Assembly (NCBI GenBank): GCA_902594515.1
Contig: CACJML010000003.1
Coordinates: 96,989-160,988 of the forward strand
Direction: 5' to 3'
DNA from: an uncultured SAR86 cluster bacterium
Lineage (GTDB): Bacteria > Pseudomonadota > Gammaproteobacteria > Magnimaribacterales > D2472
Length of the DNA: 64,000 nucleotides
Shown here: positions 28,300 to 38,740 of the stretch, piece after piece
Layout of the letters: each line of letters starts with the position of its first letter
How positions within the stretch are numbered: position 1 is the stretch's first letter
Program-made: the position numbers and the translations under genes
Notes under the pieces: model-generated
What the model saw: only the letters and a program-made list of their open reading frames with translations
What the model was told of the DNA's origin: nothing
Database searches by the model: none

Positions 28300-29415
28300 A
28301 TGAAAAAAAAATTTATCCTTGTCATATTATCCTTTCTTGCCATCAATGCAATCTCCAGCGTTGATAAAATTTTAGAAAATATTTCAGTTGAAAAAGGCTT
28401 TGAAATTTCTATTTTTTCAAATACTACCGATGCACCAAGACAAATAACTGAGGGTAACTCTGGTTACATTTTTGTTGGATCTAAAAAGGGAAATGTTTAT
28501 GCACTTAAAGATCATGATGGTAATGGCAAAGCAGATTTTTCTATGTTGATTGCAAGTGATATGAGCGACTCTTCGGGAGTTGCTTATTACGAAGGATCTC
28601 TTTTCATTGCAGAGATAGATAAAGTTTGGAAGATTGAAGACATCGAAGAAAAGCTTGATCGAGGCAGTAGCATTAATGATCTTAAAAAAGTTCTTATTAC
28701 AGATGATCTGCCCTCAGATACATGGCATGGAAGAAAATGGATTAAGTTTGACCGAGATGGAAGTTTTCTAGTAAATGTTGGGGCTCCATGTAATGTATGC
28801 TTAAAAGATGACCCAAGATACGCAACAATTATGCGTTTTAGAGATTCAAATTGGTCAATAGTAGCAAGAGGAGTGAGGAACTCTATTGGCTTTGATTTCA
28901 ATCCTCAAAATAACAAATTATATTTCACTGATAATGGAAGAGATTGGTTAGGTGATAACTTACCTTCGTGTGAATTAAATGTCCTTTTAGATGATGGAGA
29001 TTTTTTTGGTTTTCCATACCTGCATGCAAATGATGTTGTTGATCCTGACTTTGGGGAGAGTGATCATGGATATGAAATCAATAAACCTATTTTAGAATTA
29101 GGCCCACATGTGGCACCAACTGGGATGGCATTTTATTCGGGTAATCATTTCCCAGAATCATTTAAAAATAATGCATTTATAGCGCTCCATGGTTCTTGGA
29201 ATAGCTCTAAAAAAGTTGGTTATAAAGTTATAAGAGTTGAGTTTGATGAGAATGGCTTTGTAAGCAATCATAAAGATTTTATAACTGGTTTTCTTTCAGG
29301 TGAGCAAGTTATCGGGAGACCTGCTTCACCTTTTGAAATGTCAGATGGGTCATTATTAATCTCAGATGATCATTCAAACTTAATTTACAGAGTTACTTAT
29401 AAGGGTAAAAGTTAA
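28300..29415 (+). CDS. PQQ-dependent sugar/sorbosone dehydrogenase-family beta-propeller
   Basis: Signal peptide; VGAPCNVC, ARGVRNSIGFDF, TDNGRDWLGD, HVAPTGM, HGSWN, GRP, DGSLLISDD. Confidence 0.88.
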   Translation: MKKKFILVILSFLAINAISSVDKILENISVEKGFEISIFSNTTDAPRQITEGNSGYIFVGSKKGNVYALKDHDGNGKADFSMLIASDMSDSSGVAYYEGSLFIAEIDKVWKIEDIEEKLDRGSSINDLKKVLITDDLPSDTWHGRKWIKFDRDGSFLVNVGAPCNVCLKDDPRYATIMRFRDSNWSIVARGVRNSIGFDFNPQNNKLYFTDNGRDWLGDNLPSCELNVLLDDGDFFGFPYLHANDVVDPDFGESDHGYEINKPILELGPHVAPTGMAFYSGNHFPESFKNNAFIALHGSWNSSKKVGYKVIRVEFDENGFVSNHKDFITGFLSGEQVIGRPASPFEMSDGSLLISDDHSNLIYRVTYKGKS

Positions 29416-29463
29416 ATGTCCAAATTCTATTTTCTAGCTCATTTGGGCCGTTAAATAATAGAA

Positions 29464-30201
29464 ATGCTTGATCTTAAAAAAAACCTCCAATTTGCCATTG
29501 AATCTGCAAAGCTAGCTGGAAATTTTCTGTCAGAAAATTATTCCAAAGAACTTGACGTTGTTATGGATGAAGGCAGAGATATAAAACTCAAGGTTGATCA
29601 GGAAGCAGAAAAAATTATTACTAATTTTTTATCAAGTCGTTCAAATATCCCAATCATGGGTGAGGAGTTTGGTGCATCTAAAGAGTTGGAGGGTGATTTT
29701 TGGTTAATTGACCCTCTAGATGGAACATCGAATTTTTTTAGAAATATTCCAATTTGTGCTGTGTCAGTAGCTTTAATCCAAAAGAATATTCCTGTAATAG
29801 GCGTCATTAATGATTTTTTAAATCAAAAACTTTATTTTGCCACAAAGGGAGGCGGTGCTTTTTGCAATGAAGAAATCATTAAAACATCAAGCGTGACTAA
29901 AAAAAATAAAGGCACCTTAGTTACGGGTATACCTGCAAGAGAATCCTACACGGAGGAAGACTTTCGGGACATTATTTCTCAATTCCAGGACTGGAAGAAG
30001 GTGAGGATGATTGGATCAGCTACTATAGCAAACATTCTGGTAGCTACTGGCAGTGCAGATATGTATCGCGAAGATGGAATTTTTTTTTGGGATATTGCCG
30101 CAGGATCAGTAATTGTTCAAGAGGCTGGAGGGCTAGCAAGGATTTCTAATTTTCAAGATGATTATCGAGTTGATGCAGAATTTACCAATGGAAATTTTTA
30201 G
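29464..30201 (+). CDS. Inositol monophosphatase-family protein
   Basis: GEE, WLIDPLDGTSNF, WDIAAG, EAGG. Confidence 0.92.
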   Translation: MLDLKKNLQFAIESAKLAGNFLSENYSKELDVVMDEGRDIKLKVDQEAEKIITNFLSSRSNIPIMGEEFGASKELEGDFWLIDPLDGTSNFFRNIPICAVSVALIQKNIPVIGVINDFLNQKLYFATKGGGAFCNEEIIKTSSVTKKNKGTLVTGIPARESYTEEDFRDIISQFQDWKKVRMIGSATIANILVATGSADMYREDGIFFWDIAAGSVIVQEAGGLARISNFQDDYRVDAEFTNGNF

Positions 30202-30237
30202 ATCTTATTACCTTATTTATTTACGAAAACTTACTAA

Positions 30238-31641
30238 ATGAACGGATTGGTATGGCTAAGGTCTGATATCAGGATTGATGACAACCCTGCACTTTCATTT
30301 GCTGATAGCGAATGTGACTCTATTATTTGTATTTATTTGCATGCAAAAAAAGAGTGGTCAGATCACAACAATGCAAATGTAAAGCTAGAGTTCATATTAC
30401 AAAACATAGTTGATCTTTCTAAAAATCTAGACAAATTTAATATTCAATTATGTTCTACAGAATTAGATTCCTTTGAGGTCATACCAGAGTTTATTATTAA
30501 GTTATGCAAAGAAAATAATATTAATAAATGCTACTGGAATAATGAGTTTGGTGTTGATGAAAATATTCGAGATAAAAATGTAATCAAGGCCTTAAATGAA
30601 CACAAAATTGAATTTCAAAATTTTGATGATCAGGTTGTTTTTCAGCCTGGAACGATACTCACAGGTCAGGGCAAACCATTTTCTGTATTCACGCCATTTA
30701 AAAAAAAGTGGATTGAATCTTTTTCAATGGATCATTTTGATATAGAAAATAAGCTTACTAAAAAAACAATTCAATCAGATTTATCATTTGGTGACATTAG
30801 CTTTACTAGATCTCATCAAGTGAACATGGAGCTTTGGCCCGCTGGAGAGGAGGCAGCTTTACAACGATTGTCATCTTTCTTGGAGGAAAAGGTTTCAAAT
30901 TACTCCAAGGATAGAAATCATCCAATAATAGATGGTACAAGTAGACTATCTCCTTATTTAGCTATAGGAGCTATTTCATCAAGAAGATGCCTATTAGAAG
31001 CTCTAAAGTTAAATAAATTTGAACTTTCTACTGGCAATAAAGGCATAACTAAATGGATAGATGAATTAATTTGGAGAGAATTCTATAAAAATATAATGCA
31101 TTCTTTCCCAAGAGTTAGCATGAATCAGCCATTCAACCTAGCTACCAAAAAAATTCCTTGGAGATTTAAGCATAATGAATTTGAGGCATGGAAGCTTGGT
31201 AAAACAGGTTTTCCCCTTATAGATGCAGCTATGTATCAACTTATTAACGAGGGATGGATGCACAACAGATTAAGGATGGTGGTAGCAATGTTTTTTACAA
31301 AGAACTTATTGCATGATTGGCGCCTAGGTGAAGCCTACTTTATGAATAATTTAATTGATGGAGATTTTGCATCTAATAACGGTGGCTGGCAATGGAGCGC
31401 ATCAACAGGAACAGATGCTGCGCCATATTTTAGAATATTTAACCCAGTAACTCAGTCACAAAATTTTGATCCCGAAGGTAAATTTATAAAGCAACATTTA
31501 TCTCAACTAAAACCTTTAAGCACCAAGGATATACATTTACCGCCATCAGAAAAATTATTCGATATTGATTATCCAAACCCAATAGTTGATCTTAAAACAT
31601 CGAGATTAAGAGCCATTGAGGTATTTAAAAATAATAAATAG
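30238..31641 (+). CDS. phrB: Deoxyribodipyrimidine (class I CPD) photolyase
   Basis: WLRSDIRIDDNPAL, TSRLSPYL, ELIWREFY, GWMHNRLRM, NNGGWQWSASTGTDAAPYFRIFNP. Confidence 0.95.
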   Translation: MNGLVWLRSDIRIDDNPALSFADSECDSIICIYLHAKKEWSDHNNANVKLEFILQNIVDLSKNLDKFNIQLCSTELDSFEVIPEFIIKLCKENNINKCYWNNEFGVDENIRDKNVIKALNEHKIEFQNFDDQVVFQPGTILTGQGKPFSVFTPFKKKWIESFSMDHFDIENKLTKKTIQSDLSFGDISFTRSHQVNMELWPAGEEAALQRLSSFLEEKVSNYSKDRNHPIIDGTSRLSPYLAIGAISSRRCLLEALKLNKFELSTGNKGITKWIDELIWREFYKNIMHSFPRVSMNQPFNLATKKIPWRFKHNEFEAWKLGKTGFPLIDAAMYQLINEGWMHNRLRMVVAMFFTKNLLHDWRLGEAYFMNNLIDGDFASNNGGWQWSASTGTDAAPYFRIFNPVTQSQNFDPEGKFIKQHLSQLKPLSTKDIHLPPSEKLFDIDYPNPIVDLKTSRLRAIEVFKNNK

Positions 31642-31732
31642 CAATATATTAATTATTTATTTTCTAAATAAACTATATTAATAATTAAAGCTCTTTATGT
31701 ATAATCACTAATCTTAAATTGGGAAAAGTCTT

Positions 31733-33157
31733 ATGAAAGAAGAACACAGATTTTATATAAATGGTGAATGGGTTAAATCATCTTCAAGTGAATTAATTGA
31801 AATTGAAAATCCATCCTCAGAAGAAATTATAGGAACTATATCTGCAGGCACTCGAGAAGATATTGATTTAGCAGTTGCTTCTGCAAAGAATGCGTTCCAA
31901 TCTTTTGCCTTTTCGTCTAAAGATGAGAGAGTGGCATTACTTGAAGAAATAATAAAAAACTACGAAGCTTCTTCAGAGGAACTAGCAATGTGTATCTCAG
32001 AGGAGATGGGCGCACCGTTGTGGCTTTCACAAGTGGCTCAAGTTGCATCTGGACTTGGCCATTTTAAAGATACTTTAGCAGTTTTAAAGGATTTTGAATT
32101 TGAGTCTCAGGAAAATCACTACTTAGTAAGAAAAGAACCGATCGGTGTTGTTGGAATGATTACACCATGGAATTGGCCCATGAATCAAATGTGTACCAAG
32201 ATTGCATCTGCGCTTGCTGCAGGCTGCACAATGGTACTTAAGCCAAGTGAAATAACCCCTTTTTGTGCTGTTATGCTCACTGAAATTTTAGATAAATCTA
32301 ATTTACCCAAAGGTGTTTACAATTTAGTACATGGCTATGGTCCAGTAGTTGGAGCAGCCTTATCAGAACACCCTGATGTAGATATGATGCATTTTACTGG
32401 TTCAACTAGAGCTGGAGTTGCAGTAGCTCAGGCCTCTGCCCCAACTGTCAAAAGGGTAGCACAAGAGTTAGGTGGAAAATCAGCAAATATAATTCTTGAG
32501 GATGCAAATCTTGAAAAAGCAGTTGCTGCAGGTGCTAACCATTGTTTTTTAAATACTGGACAATCATGTAATGCTCCCACAAGAATGCTGGTGCATTCTT
32601 CTCAGTATGATGAGGCCGTAGAAATTGCAAAAAATGTAGCTGATTCTATTGTTGTTGGCAAACCAACTGACGAAGGTGTCAGGATAGGCCCAATCTCAAA
32701 CAGAGTTCAATATGAAAAAGTGAAAAGACTTATTGATATTGGCGTAGAAGAGGGGGCGATACTTGTTTGTGGAGGAACCGACTTGCCTGACGGATTCAAT
32801 AGTGGATTTTTTATAAGACCAACAATTTTTTCAAATGTTACTAATGATATGACAATTGCTAAAGAGGAAATATTTGGTCCTGTTTTATGTATGCTCTCTT
32901 ATGAATCTGAAGATGAAGCAGTTTCTATAGCAAACGATACTCCTTATGGATTAGCGGGGTATGTTCAATCGGAGAATTTTGATCATGCAAAAGAAGTTGC
33001 AACAAAAATTAGAGCTGGACAGATTTCTATTAACGGCGGGTCAAATGCTGGACCGGCAGCACCATTTGGAGGGTTTAAAACTTCTGGGAATGGAAGAGAG
33101 CACGGTAGATTGGGTCTTGTTGAGTGCCTTGAAACCAAAGCAATTATTGGAAATTAA
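31733..33157 (+). CDS. Aldehyde dehydrogenase
   Basis: ITPWNWP, FTGS, ELGGKS, GQSCNAP, EEIFGPV, PFGGFKTSGNGRE. Confidence 0.95.
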   Translation: MKEEHRFYINGEWVKSSSSELIEIENPSSEEIIGTISAGTREDIDLAVASAKNAFQSFAFSSKDERVALLEEIIKNYEASSEELAMCISEEMGAPLWLSQVAQVASGLGHFKDTLAVLKDFEFESQENHYLVRKEPIGVVGMITPWNWPMNQMCTKIASALAAGCTMVLKPSEITPFCAVMLTEILDKSNLPKGVYNLVHGYGPVVGAALSEHPDVDMMHFTGSTRAGVAVAQASAPTVKRVAQELGGKSANIILEDANLEKAVAAGANHCFLNTGQSCNAPTRMLVHSSQYDEAVEIAKNVADSIVVGKPTDEGVRIGPISNRVQYEKVKRLIDIGVEEGAILVCGGTDLPDGFNSGFFIRPTIFSNVTNDMTIAKEEIFGPVLCMLSYESEDEAVSIANDTPYGLAGYVQSENFDHAKEVATKIRAGQISINGGSNAGPAAPFGGFKTSGNGREHGRLGLVECLETKAIIGN

Positions 33158-33963
33158 TCTAAAAGATCAGGCTGCGCACTTACAATCATATCAAAGAGTG
33201 GTTGAAAGCTTGCCCACAAAGCAACGTCATTAGCAATAAATCCTCTGGTTTTAATAGCTACGTCATGAGGAATCAAATTTGGCTCTCCCGCTGCTTCTGC
33301 CATCAGTTGAGATTGACAGCATTTTTCCATAGATAAAAAGTACCAAAGAGCGATATCGACAGAGCTACCAGTAGTTAAAATTCCGTGATTCTTAAGGATA
33401 ATTACTTGTTTATCTCCAAGAGAACTTGCAATTCTGTCACCTTCTTCAGTTTCTTCTACCACACCAGAAAAATGATCGTACATCGCTTGCCTCTCATAAA
33501 AAGCACACGAATCTTGAGTGATTGGATCAAGCAACTTACCAAGAGATGAGAATGTTCTTCCATACATTGAGTGTGAATGAGCTGCGGCATTAACATCGGG
33601 TCTGGCCTTGTGAAGTCTTGAATGTATTGCAAAGGCTGCAACATTGACGGGCCTTTTACCTTGAACAACTTCACCATCATGATTCACAAGTAATAGATCT
33701 GAGATTCTAATTTGACTGAAGTGAACTCCCAAAGGATTCACCCAAAAATGATCACTAAATTCAGGATCTCTAAAAGTAATATGACCAGCAACCCCTTCGT
33801 CATAGCCAAAATATGAGAATAACCTAAAGCCAGCGACTAGTTTTTCAAGCTGATTTCTTCTTAACTCAGCCGGAGATTCAAATTCAATCATTTCAAGCCC
33901 CTTATCTTTTAAAGGTAACTTTCCTAATTCAGTATCAATTCTTAAAGGTGAAACTTTTGCCAT
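33154..33963 (-). CDS. Class II aldolase/adducin-family protein
   Basis: AGHITFRDPE, AFAIHS, AAHSHS, ILKNHG metal-binding His motifs. Confidence 0.9.
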   Translation of the reverse strand: MAKVSPLRIDTELGKLPLKDKGLEMIEFESPAELRRNQLEKLVAGFRLFSYFGYDEGVAGHITFRDPEFSDHFWVNPLGVHFSQIRISDLLLVNHDGEVVQGKRPVNVAAFAIHSRLHKARPDVNAAAHSHSMYGRTFSSLGKLLDPITQDSCAFYERQAMYDHFSGVVEETEEGDRIASSLGDKQVIILKNHGILTTGSSVDIALWYFLSMEKCCQSQLMAEAAGEPNLIPHDVAIKTRGFIANDVALWASFQPLFDMIVSAQPDLLD

Positions 33964-34010
33964 AATTTATTCTCCAGAGTGTAAAATAGTTTAACCAAAT
34001 CGAGGCGGAT

Positions 34011-35396
34011 ATGAAATATAGAATAGAAAAAGACTCTCTTGGTGAAGTTAAAGTGCCATCAACCGCACTTTGGGGCGCTCAAACGCAAAGAGCATTGGAT
34101 AATTTCCAAATCAGCGGCATTAAGTTTGCATTTCCTTTTGGAAGATCTTTTATCGAAGCGATAGGCATAATCAAGTACGCTGCTGCTAGCTCTAATGCGT
34201 CATTAAAATTACTACCATCAAGCAAAGCAAAGCACATAAAATTTGCTGCTAAAGAGATTATTGATGGCAAGCATGATGATCAATTTCCATTAGATATTTT
34301 CCAAACAGGCTCGGGAACGAGCACAAATATGAATGCAAATGAAGTCATGGCAACAATTGCATCAAAAAAAGGCAAATCATCAATCCATCCAAATGATGAT
34401 GTAAACATGAGTCAAAGCAGTAATGACGTTATTCCAACAGCAATTCATATTTCTGCTCTACTTGATGTTGAAAAGCAATTATTACCATCTCTTCAAAGCC
34501 TTATAAATCAAATAAAGTCTAAAGAATCTAAAGTAAAGGGCATTGTTAAAACTGGGAGAACTCATCTTATGGATGCTATGCCTATCGAGATGTCTCAAGA
34601 GCTATCAGGTTGGTCTACTCAATTAGGCGATCAATATAACCAAATTAAGCTGGCAGCTGAAGGCTTAAAATCATTGCCTCAAGGGGGTACAGCAATAGGA
34701 ACTGGGATCAATGCACCTAAGAAATTCGGAAATATTTTTGCCAACGAGGTTTCAAAACTAACAAAGATAAAATTTAAGCCATCAAGAAACTATTTTAAAT
34801 CTCTTAGCAGTCAAGATGCTACTACAAATATGTCCAGTGCAGTAAAGAACTTGGCACTAGTGCTTTTGAAAATCTCAAATGACTTAAGATGGATGAATAG
34901 TGGCCCTTTAACTGGTTTAGGAGAAATTGAACTTCAGGCTCTTCAACCTGGAAGTAGCATCATGCCTGGAAAAGTTAATCCTGTTGTATGTGAATCGGTA
35001 ATGATGGCTTCGGCTGATATATTAGGAAATGATTTGACTGTTTCCTATGCAAATCAAGCTGGAAACTTTCAATTGAATGTTATGTTGCCTGTGATTGCAT
35101 ATAACTTGCTTAAAAGTATTACTCTTGCAGCTAACTCATGTGCTTTATTGTCTTCTAAAGGAATTAAAACCTTTAAGGTTAATAAAAGTAATATCGAAAA
35201 ACAATTAGCTAAAAATCCTATTTTAGTTACTGCTCTCAATAGAGAAATTGGCTACGAAAAGGCTGCTTTGATTGCTAAAAAAGCCTACAAGGAGAACAGA
35301 CCTATAATTGATGTTGCACATGAAGAGACAGGCATATCGATTAAAAGATTAAATTCAATACTTGATCCAAAAAAGCTTACCAAAGGTGGCATCTAA
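34011..35396 (+). CDS. fumC: Fumarate hydratase class II
   Basis: WGAQTQR, QTGSGTSTNMNANEV, HPNDDVNMSQSSND, KTGRTHLMDA, GSSIMPGKVNP. Confidence 0.95.
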   Translation: MKYRIEKDSLGEVKVPSTALWGAQTQRALDNFQISGIKFAFPFGRSFIEAIGIIKYAAASSNASLKLLPSSKAKHIKFAAKEIIDGKHDDQFPLDIFQTGSGTSTNMNANEVMATIASKKGKSSIHPNDDVNMSQSSNDVIPTAIHISALLDVEKQLLPSLQSLINQIKSKESKVKGIVKTGRTHLMDAMPIEMSQELSGWSTQLGDQYNQIKLAAEGLKSLPQGGTAIGTGINAPKKFGNIFANEVSKLTKIKFKPSRNYFKSLSSQDATTNMSSAVKNLALVLLKISNDLRWMNSGPLTGLGEIELQALQPGSSIMPGKVNPVVCESVMMASADILGNDLTVSYANQAGNFQLNVMLPVIAYNLLKSITLAANSCALLSSKGIKTFKVNKSNIEKQLAKNPILVTALNREIGYEKAALIAKKAYKENRPIIDVAHEETGISIKRLNSILDPKKLTKGGI

Positions 35397-35399
35397 TTC

Positions 35400-35732
35400 A
35401 TGGATCTAACGAAACAAAACTGTGAAGCATGTACCATTGATGCTCCATTAGTAGATGAAAAAAGATTTAACAAACTTTTAAAGGATCTTGATGGTTGGGA
35501 AATTATTTTTGGAGACACTAATATACTCTCTAAAACCTATTCATTTAATAGCTACGATGACTCTGTCAAGTTTTCCATGGACATTGCGAAATTAGCTGAA
35601 GACGAAGATCACCATCCGGCAATTTTATTAGAATGGGGTTCTGTAAGAGTTCAATGGTGGTCACATAAAATAAAAGGCTTACACATGAATGACTTTATTT
35701 GCGCAGCCAAAACTGAATTACTAGCTAAATAA
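35400..35732 (+). CDS. phhB: Pterin-4-alpha-carbinolamine dehydratase
   Basis: CEAC, AEDEDHHP, WWSHKIKGLHMNDFICAAK. Confidence 0.93.
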   Translation: MDLTKQNCEACTIDAPLVDEKRFNKLLKDLDGWEIIFGDTNILSKTYSFNSYDDSVKFSMDIAKLAEDEDHHPAILLEWGSVRVQWWSHKIKGLHMNDFICAAKTELLAK

Positions 35733-35771
35733 CTTCATAAAGTTATTTTTGTTTTTTCTTTTCCCTAAAAG

Positions 35772-35777
35772 TATAAT
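35772..35777 (+). promoter_or_regulatory. Consensus -10 box just upstream of the guaB start (candidate leaderless promoter)
   Basis: TATAAT with 5 nt before ATG 35783; no SD-like sequence. Confidence 0.5.
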
Positions 35778-35782
35778 TCCAT

Positions 35783-37246
35783 ATGGAAAAGATCAAATTC
35801 AAAGCCCTTACATATGATGATATCTTGCTGTTGCCAAGATACTCTGACTTTGCACCAAAAGAAGCCTCTCTAAGAACAAAACTTACTAGAGAAATATCTC
35901 TAAATTTACCAATAATTTCAGCTGCAATGGATACAGTAACTGAATCAAGAATGGCAATTGCTATGGCTGAAAGCGGAGGTATTGGAGTTATTCATAAAAA
36001 CAATACTATTGAAGATCAAGCAGTTCATGTTCGAACAGTTAAGAAATATGAGAGTGGGATTGTAAAAGATCCGATAACGATTGAGTCAACTCAATCGATC
36101 GAAGACCTTGTTAAGCTGACAAGTGAACTCAATATCTCAGGTATGCCAGTTGTTGATGATGGAGTTTTAAAAGGCATCGTTACTTCTAGAGATTTTAGGT
36201 ATGCAGACAATTTAAATGAATTTGTTAGTTCTATCATGACTCCACTTGATAGATTAATTACTGTTAATGAAGGAACTCATCAAGATGAGGTAAAAAAATT
36301 AATGTATCATAACCGCATTGAAAAGGTATTAGTGCTGGATAATGCTGGCAGTCTTTCTGGACTAGTTACCATGAAGGACATAGATAAGTCTGCTGAATTT
36401 CCATTAGCAACTAAAGATAGCTCAGGACAATTATTGGTTGCTGCTGCTTTAGGAACGGGTGCCGATACATTGGATAGGGCCGAAGCCCTCAATGAAATGG
36501 GCGTAGATGTATTTGTTGTCGATTCAGCTCATGGCCACTCAAAAAATGTTATTGAAACTATCAAACTGCTAAAAAATAACTTTAAAGATGTTCAAGTGAT
36601 TGCTGGAAATGTTGCAACACCTGATGGTGCAGTTGCTTTGGATGAGGCTGGAGCAGATGCAATCAAGATAGGTATGGGTCCTGGTTCAATATGCACCACT
36701 AGAATCATTGCAGGAATGGGTGTCCCTCAAATCACAGCAATATTATCAATTAAAGATGCTATGAAAAATTCAAAAACACCATTAATTGCTGATGGTGGTA
36801 TTAGATTTTCAGGCGATTTAGCAAAAGCAATAGCTGCTGGCGCATCTTCGGTAATGCTTGGCAGCATGTTGGCAGGAACAGAAGAAGCTCCAGGTGAAAT
36901 AGAACTTTACCAAGGCAGAAGCTTTAAAACATACAGAGGAATGGGTTCATTAGGCGCAATGTCAGAAAGAAATGATGCAAATAGATATTCTCAAGATGAG
37001 GTAGAGGCAGAAAAGCTTGTTCCTGAGGGAGTAGAAGGCAGGGTGCCTTATAAAGGTGTTGTAGTTAAAGTTTTAGATCAGTTTGAGGGTGGGTTGCGTC
37101 AAAGCATGGGATACGTAGGATGCAAAACCATAGAATCAATGCAAACTGAAACAGAATTCATCGAGGTAACTAATGCTGGGATGATGGAAAGCCATGTTCA
37201 CGATGTCATGATTACTAAAGAAGCTCCAAATTATCAAAGAAGCTAG
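35783..37246 (+). CDS. guaB: IMP dehydrogenase
   Basis: [22 protein letters not shown] pair, [33 protein letters not shown]. Confidence 0.97.
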   Translation: MEKIKFKALTYDDILLLPRYSDFAPKEASLRTKLTREISLNLPIISAAMDTVTESRMAIAMAESGGIGVIHKNNTIEDQAVHVRTVKKYESGIVKDPITIESTQSIEDLVKLTSELNISGMPVVDDGVLKGIVTSRDFRYADNLNEFVSSIMTPLDRLITVNEGTHQDEVKKLMYHNRIEKVLVLDNAGSLSGLVTMKDIDKSAEFPLATKDSSGQLLVAAALGTGADTLDRAEALNEMGVDVFVVDSAHGHSKNVIETIKLLKNNFKDVQVIAGNVATPDGAVALDEAGADAIKIGMGPGSICTTRIIAGMGVPQITAILSIKDAMKNSKTPLIADGGIRFSGDLAKAIAAGASSVMLGSMLAGTEEAPGEIELYQGRSFKTYRGMGSLGAMSERNDANRYSQDEVEAEKLVPEGVEGRVPYKGVVVKVLDQFEGGLRQSMGYVGCKTIESMQTETEFIEVTNAGMMESHVHDVMITKEAPNYQRS

Positions 37247-37247
37247 G

Positions 37248-38537
37248 TTATAAAAAAATAAATTTTGACAAGAAGACTATTGTAAGAAACCACGCTCCTG
37301 TGGAGATAGTTTTAAGTTGACCTGAAAAAATTTTTATTACCACATAAGATAAAAATCCCAGCGCTATTCCATTGGCAATCGAAAAGGTTAATGGCATCAT
37401 CACAATTATTACAAGAGCTGGTAGTAGGTCGCTTAAATCAGACCAATTCAGTTTTTCCATGCTCCTCAGCATCAAGATTGCTACGTAAATCAATGCACCA
37501 GATGTTGCATAAGCAGGAATCATCGTAGCAAGTGGAGCAAAAAATATTGCCAAAAGAAACAAAATTCCAACTGTAACTGCAGTTAGACCAGTTCTTCCTC
37601 CAGCCTCTATTCCAGCAGAGCTCTCAACGTAACTAGTTACAGGAGAGCATCCAAATAAAGAACCAACAGCACTTGAACTACTATCAGCTTTCAGTGCCTT
37701 ATCTAAATTATCAATGCCACCATCAGCATTTATAAGTTTGGCTTGGTTAGCAACTCCAACAAGGGTTCCAGCTGTATCGAATAAGTTAACAAAGAGAAAA
37801 GACATAATGATGCTGATCATGGCTAAATCAAATGCTTCAGAAATATCAAGTTTCAACAAAACTGGCATTAATGAGGGGGGGGATGAAATGATTCCATTAA
37901 ATTTAATTAGATTTAGAGCTAAAGCCATTGAAGTCACTAAAAATATTCCTATAACAATGGCGCCAGGTATTTTACGAATAGATAGTACGGCAATCACTAA
38001 AAAACTAATCATTGCTAAAAGAGTTTCTGGCTTTGTTAGGTCGCCCATGCTGAGAAGGGTAGCTTCATTTGAAGTAATTATCCCGCCAGTTTTAAGACCA
38101 ATAATTCCAATGAATAGACCAACACCTGCACCCATCGCAATTCGTAAATTGAAAGGAATACTCTCTAACATCCATTGTCTAAATGGCGTTACACTCATTA
38201 TAAAAAATAGAATTCCAGCTAAAAATACGGCACCTAAAGCCACTTCCCATGAGTAACCCATCTCACCAACAACTGTATAAGTAAAAAATGCATTTAGACC
38301 CATGCCTGGCGCTAAACCAACAGGCCAATTTGCATATACTCCCATTGCAATACAGGCAATAGAGGCAGCAATACATGTTCCAACGAAACTGGCACCAATA
38401 TCCATGCCACTTGCGGCCATCATTTGTGGATTGACAAAGATAATGTATGCCATTGTTATGAATGTAGTGATGCCCGCAAGAATCTCACTTTTAAAATCAG
38501 TATTAAAATTTTTTAATTTGAAGATTTTTTCGAGCAT
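37248..38537 (-). CDS. NCS2/AzgA-family purine nucleobase permease
   Basis: EILAGITTFITMAYIIFVNP, APGMGLNAFF, FDTAGTL, VTSYVESSAGIEAGGRTGLT, PLTFSIANG. Confidence 0.95.
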   Translation of the reverse strand: MLEKIFKLKNFNTDFKSEILAGITTFITMAYIIFVNPQMMAASGMDIGASFVGTCIAASIACIAMGVYANWPVGLAPGMGLNAFFTYTVVGEMGYSWEVALGAVFLAGILFFIMSVTPFRQWMLESIPFNLRIAMGAGVGLFIGIIGLKTGGIITSNEATLLSMGDLTKPETLLAMISFLVIAVLSIRKIPGAIVIGIFLVTSMALALNLIKFNGIISSPPSLMPVLLKLDISEAFDLAMISIIMSFLFVNLFDTAGTLVGVANQAKLINADGGIDNLDKALKADSSSSAVGSLFGCSPVTSYVESSAGIEAGGRTGLTAVTVGILFLLAIFFAPLATMIPAYATSGALIYVAILMLRSMEKLNWSDLSDLLPALVIIVMMPLTFSIANGIALGFLSYVVIKIFSGQLKTISTGAWFLTIVFLSKFIFL

Positions 38538-38740
38538 TTTTTCTCTAAAGGTATTTAAAAATTAAGTTTACAACTTATACTGTATTTTTGTTATAGCTTT
38601 TAAATGCATTTAACAACCAAAAGTAAATCTCTCATACTTTTCAAGGTTCCAAATTTTTAAAAATTATCTAACAAAAAATGGCATTAATATTGCATAAATA
38701 TTATACAAGAGCATATTCTTTAAAAAGGGATTAAAAAATT

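Noticed and set aside
36052-36059. GAGTGGGA inside guaB
   Set aside because: Only the 8-bp core matches, inside conserved coding sequence (YESG), with no flanking similarity; likely chance.
37714-38565. 180-aa and 87-aa + strand ORFs
   Set aside because: Antisense shadows of the NCS2 permease, which has clear family motifs.
38538-38740. Possible purine riboswitch between the permease and the TonB receptor
   Set aside because: Very AT-rich with no recognisable purine aptamer core or stable stems by eye; a covariance-model search is needed to exclude it fully.
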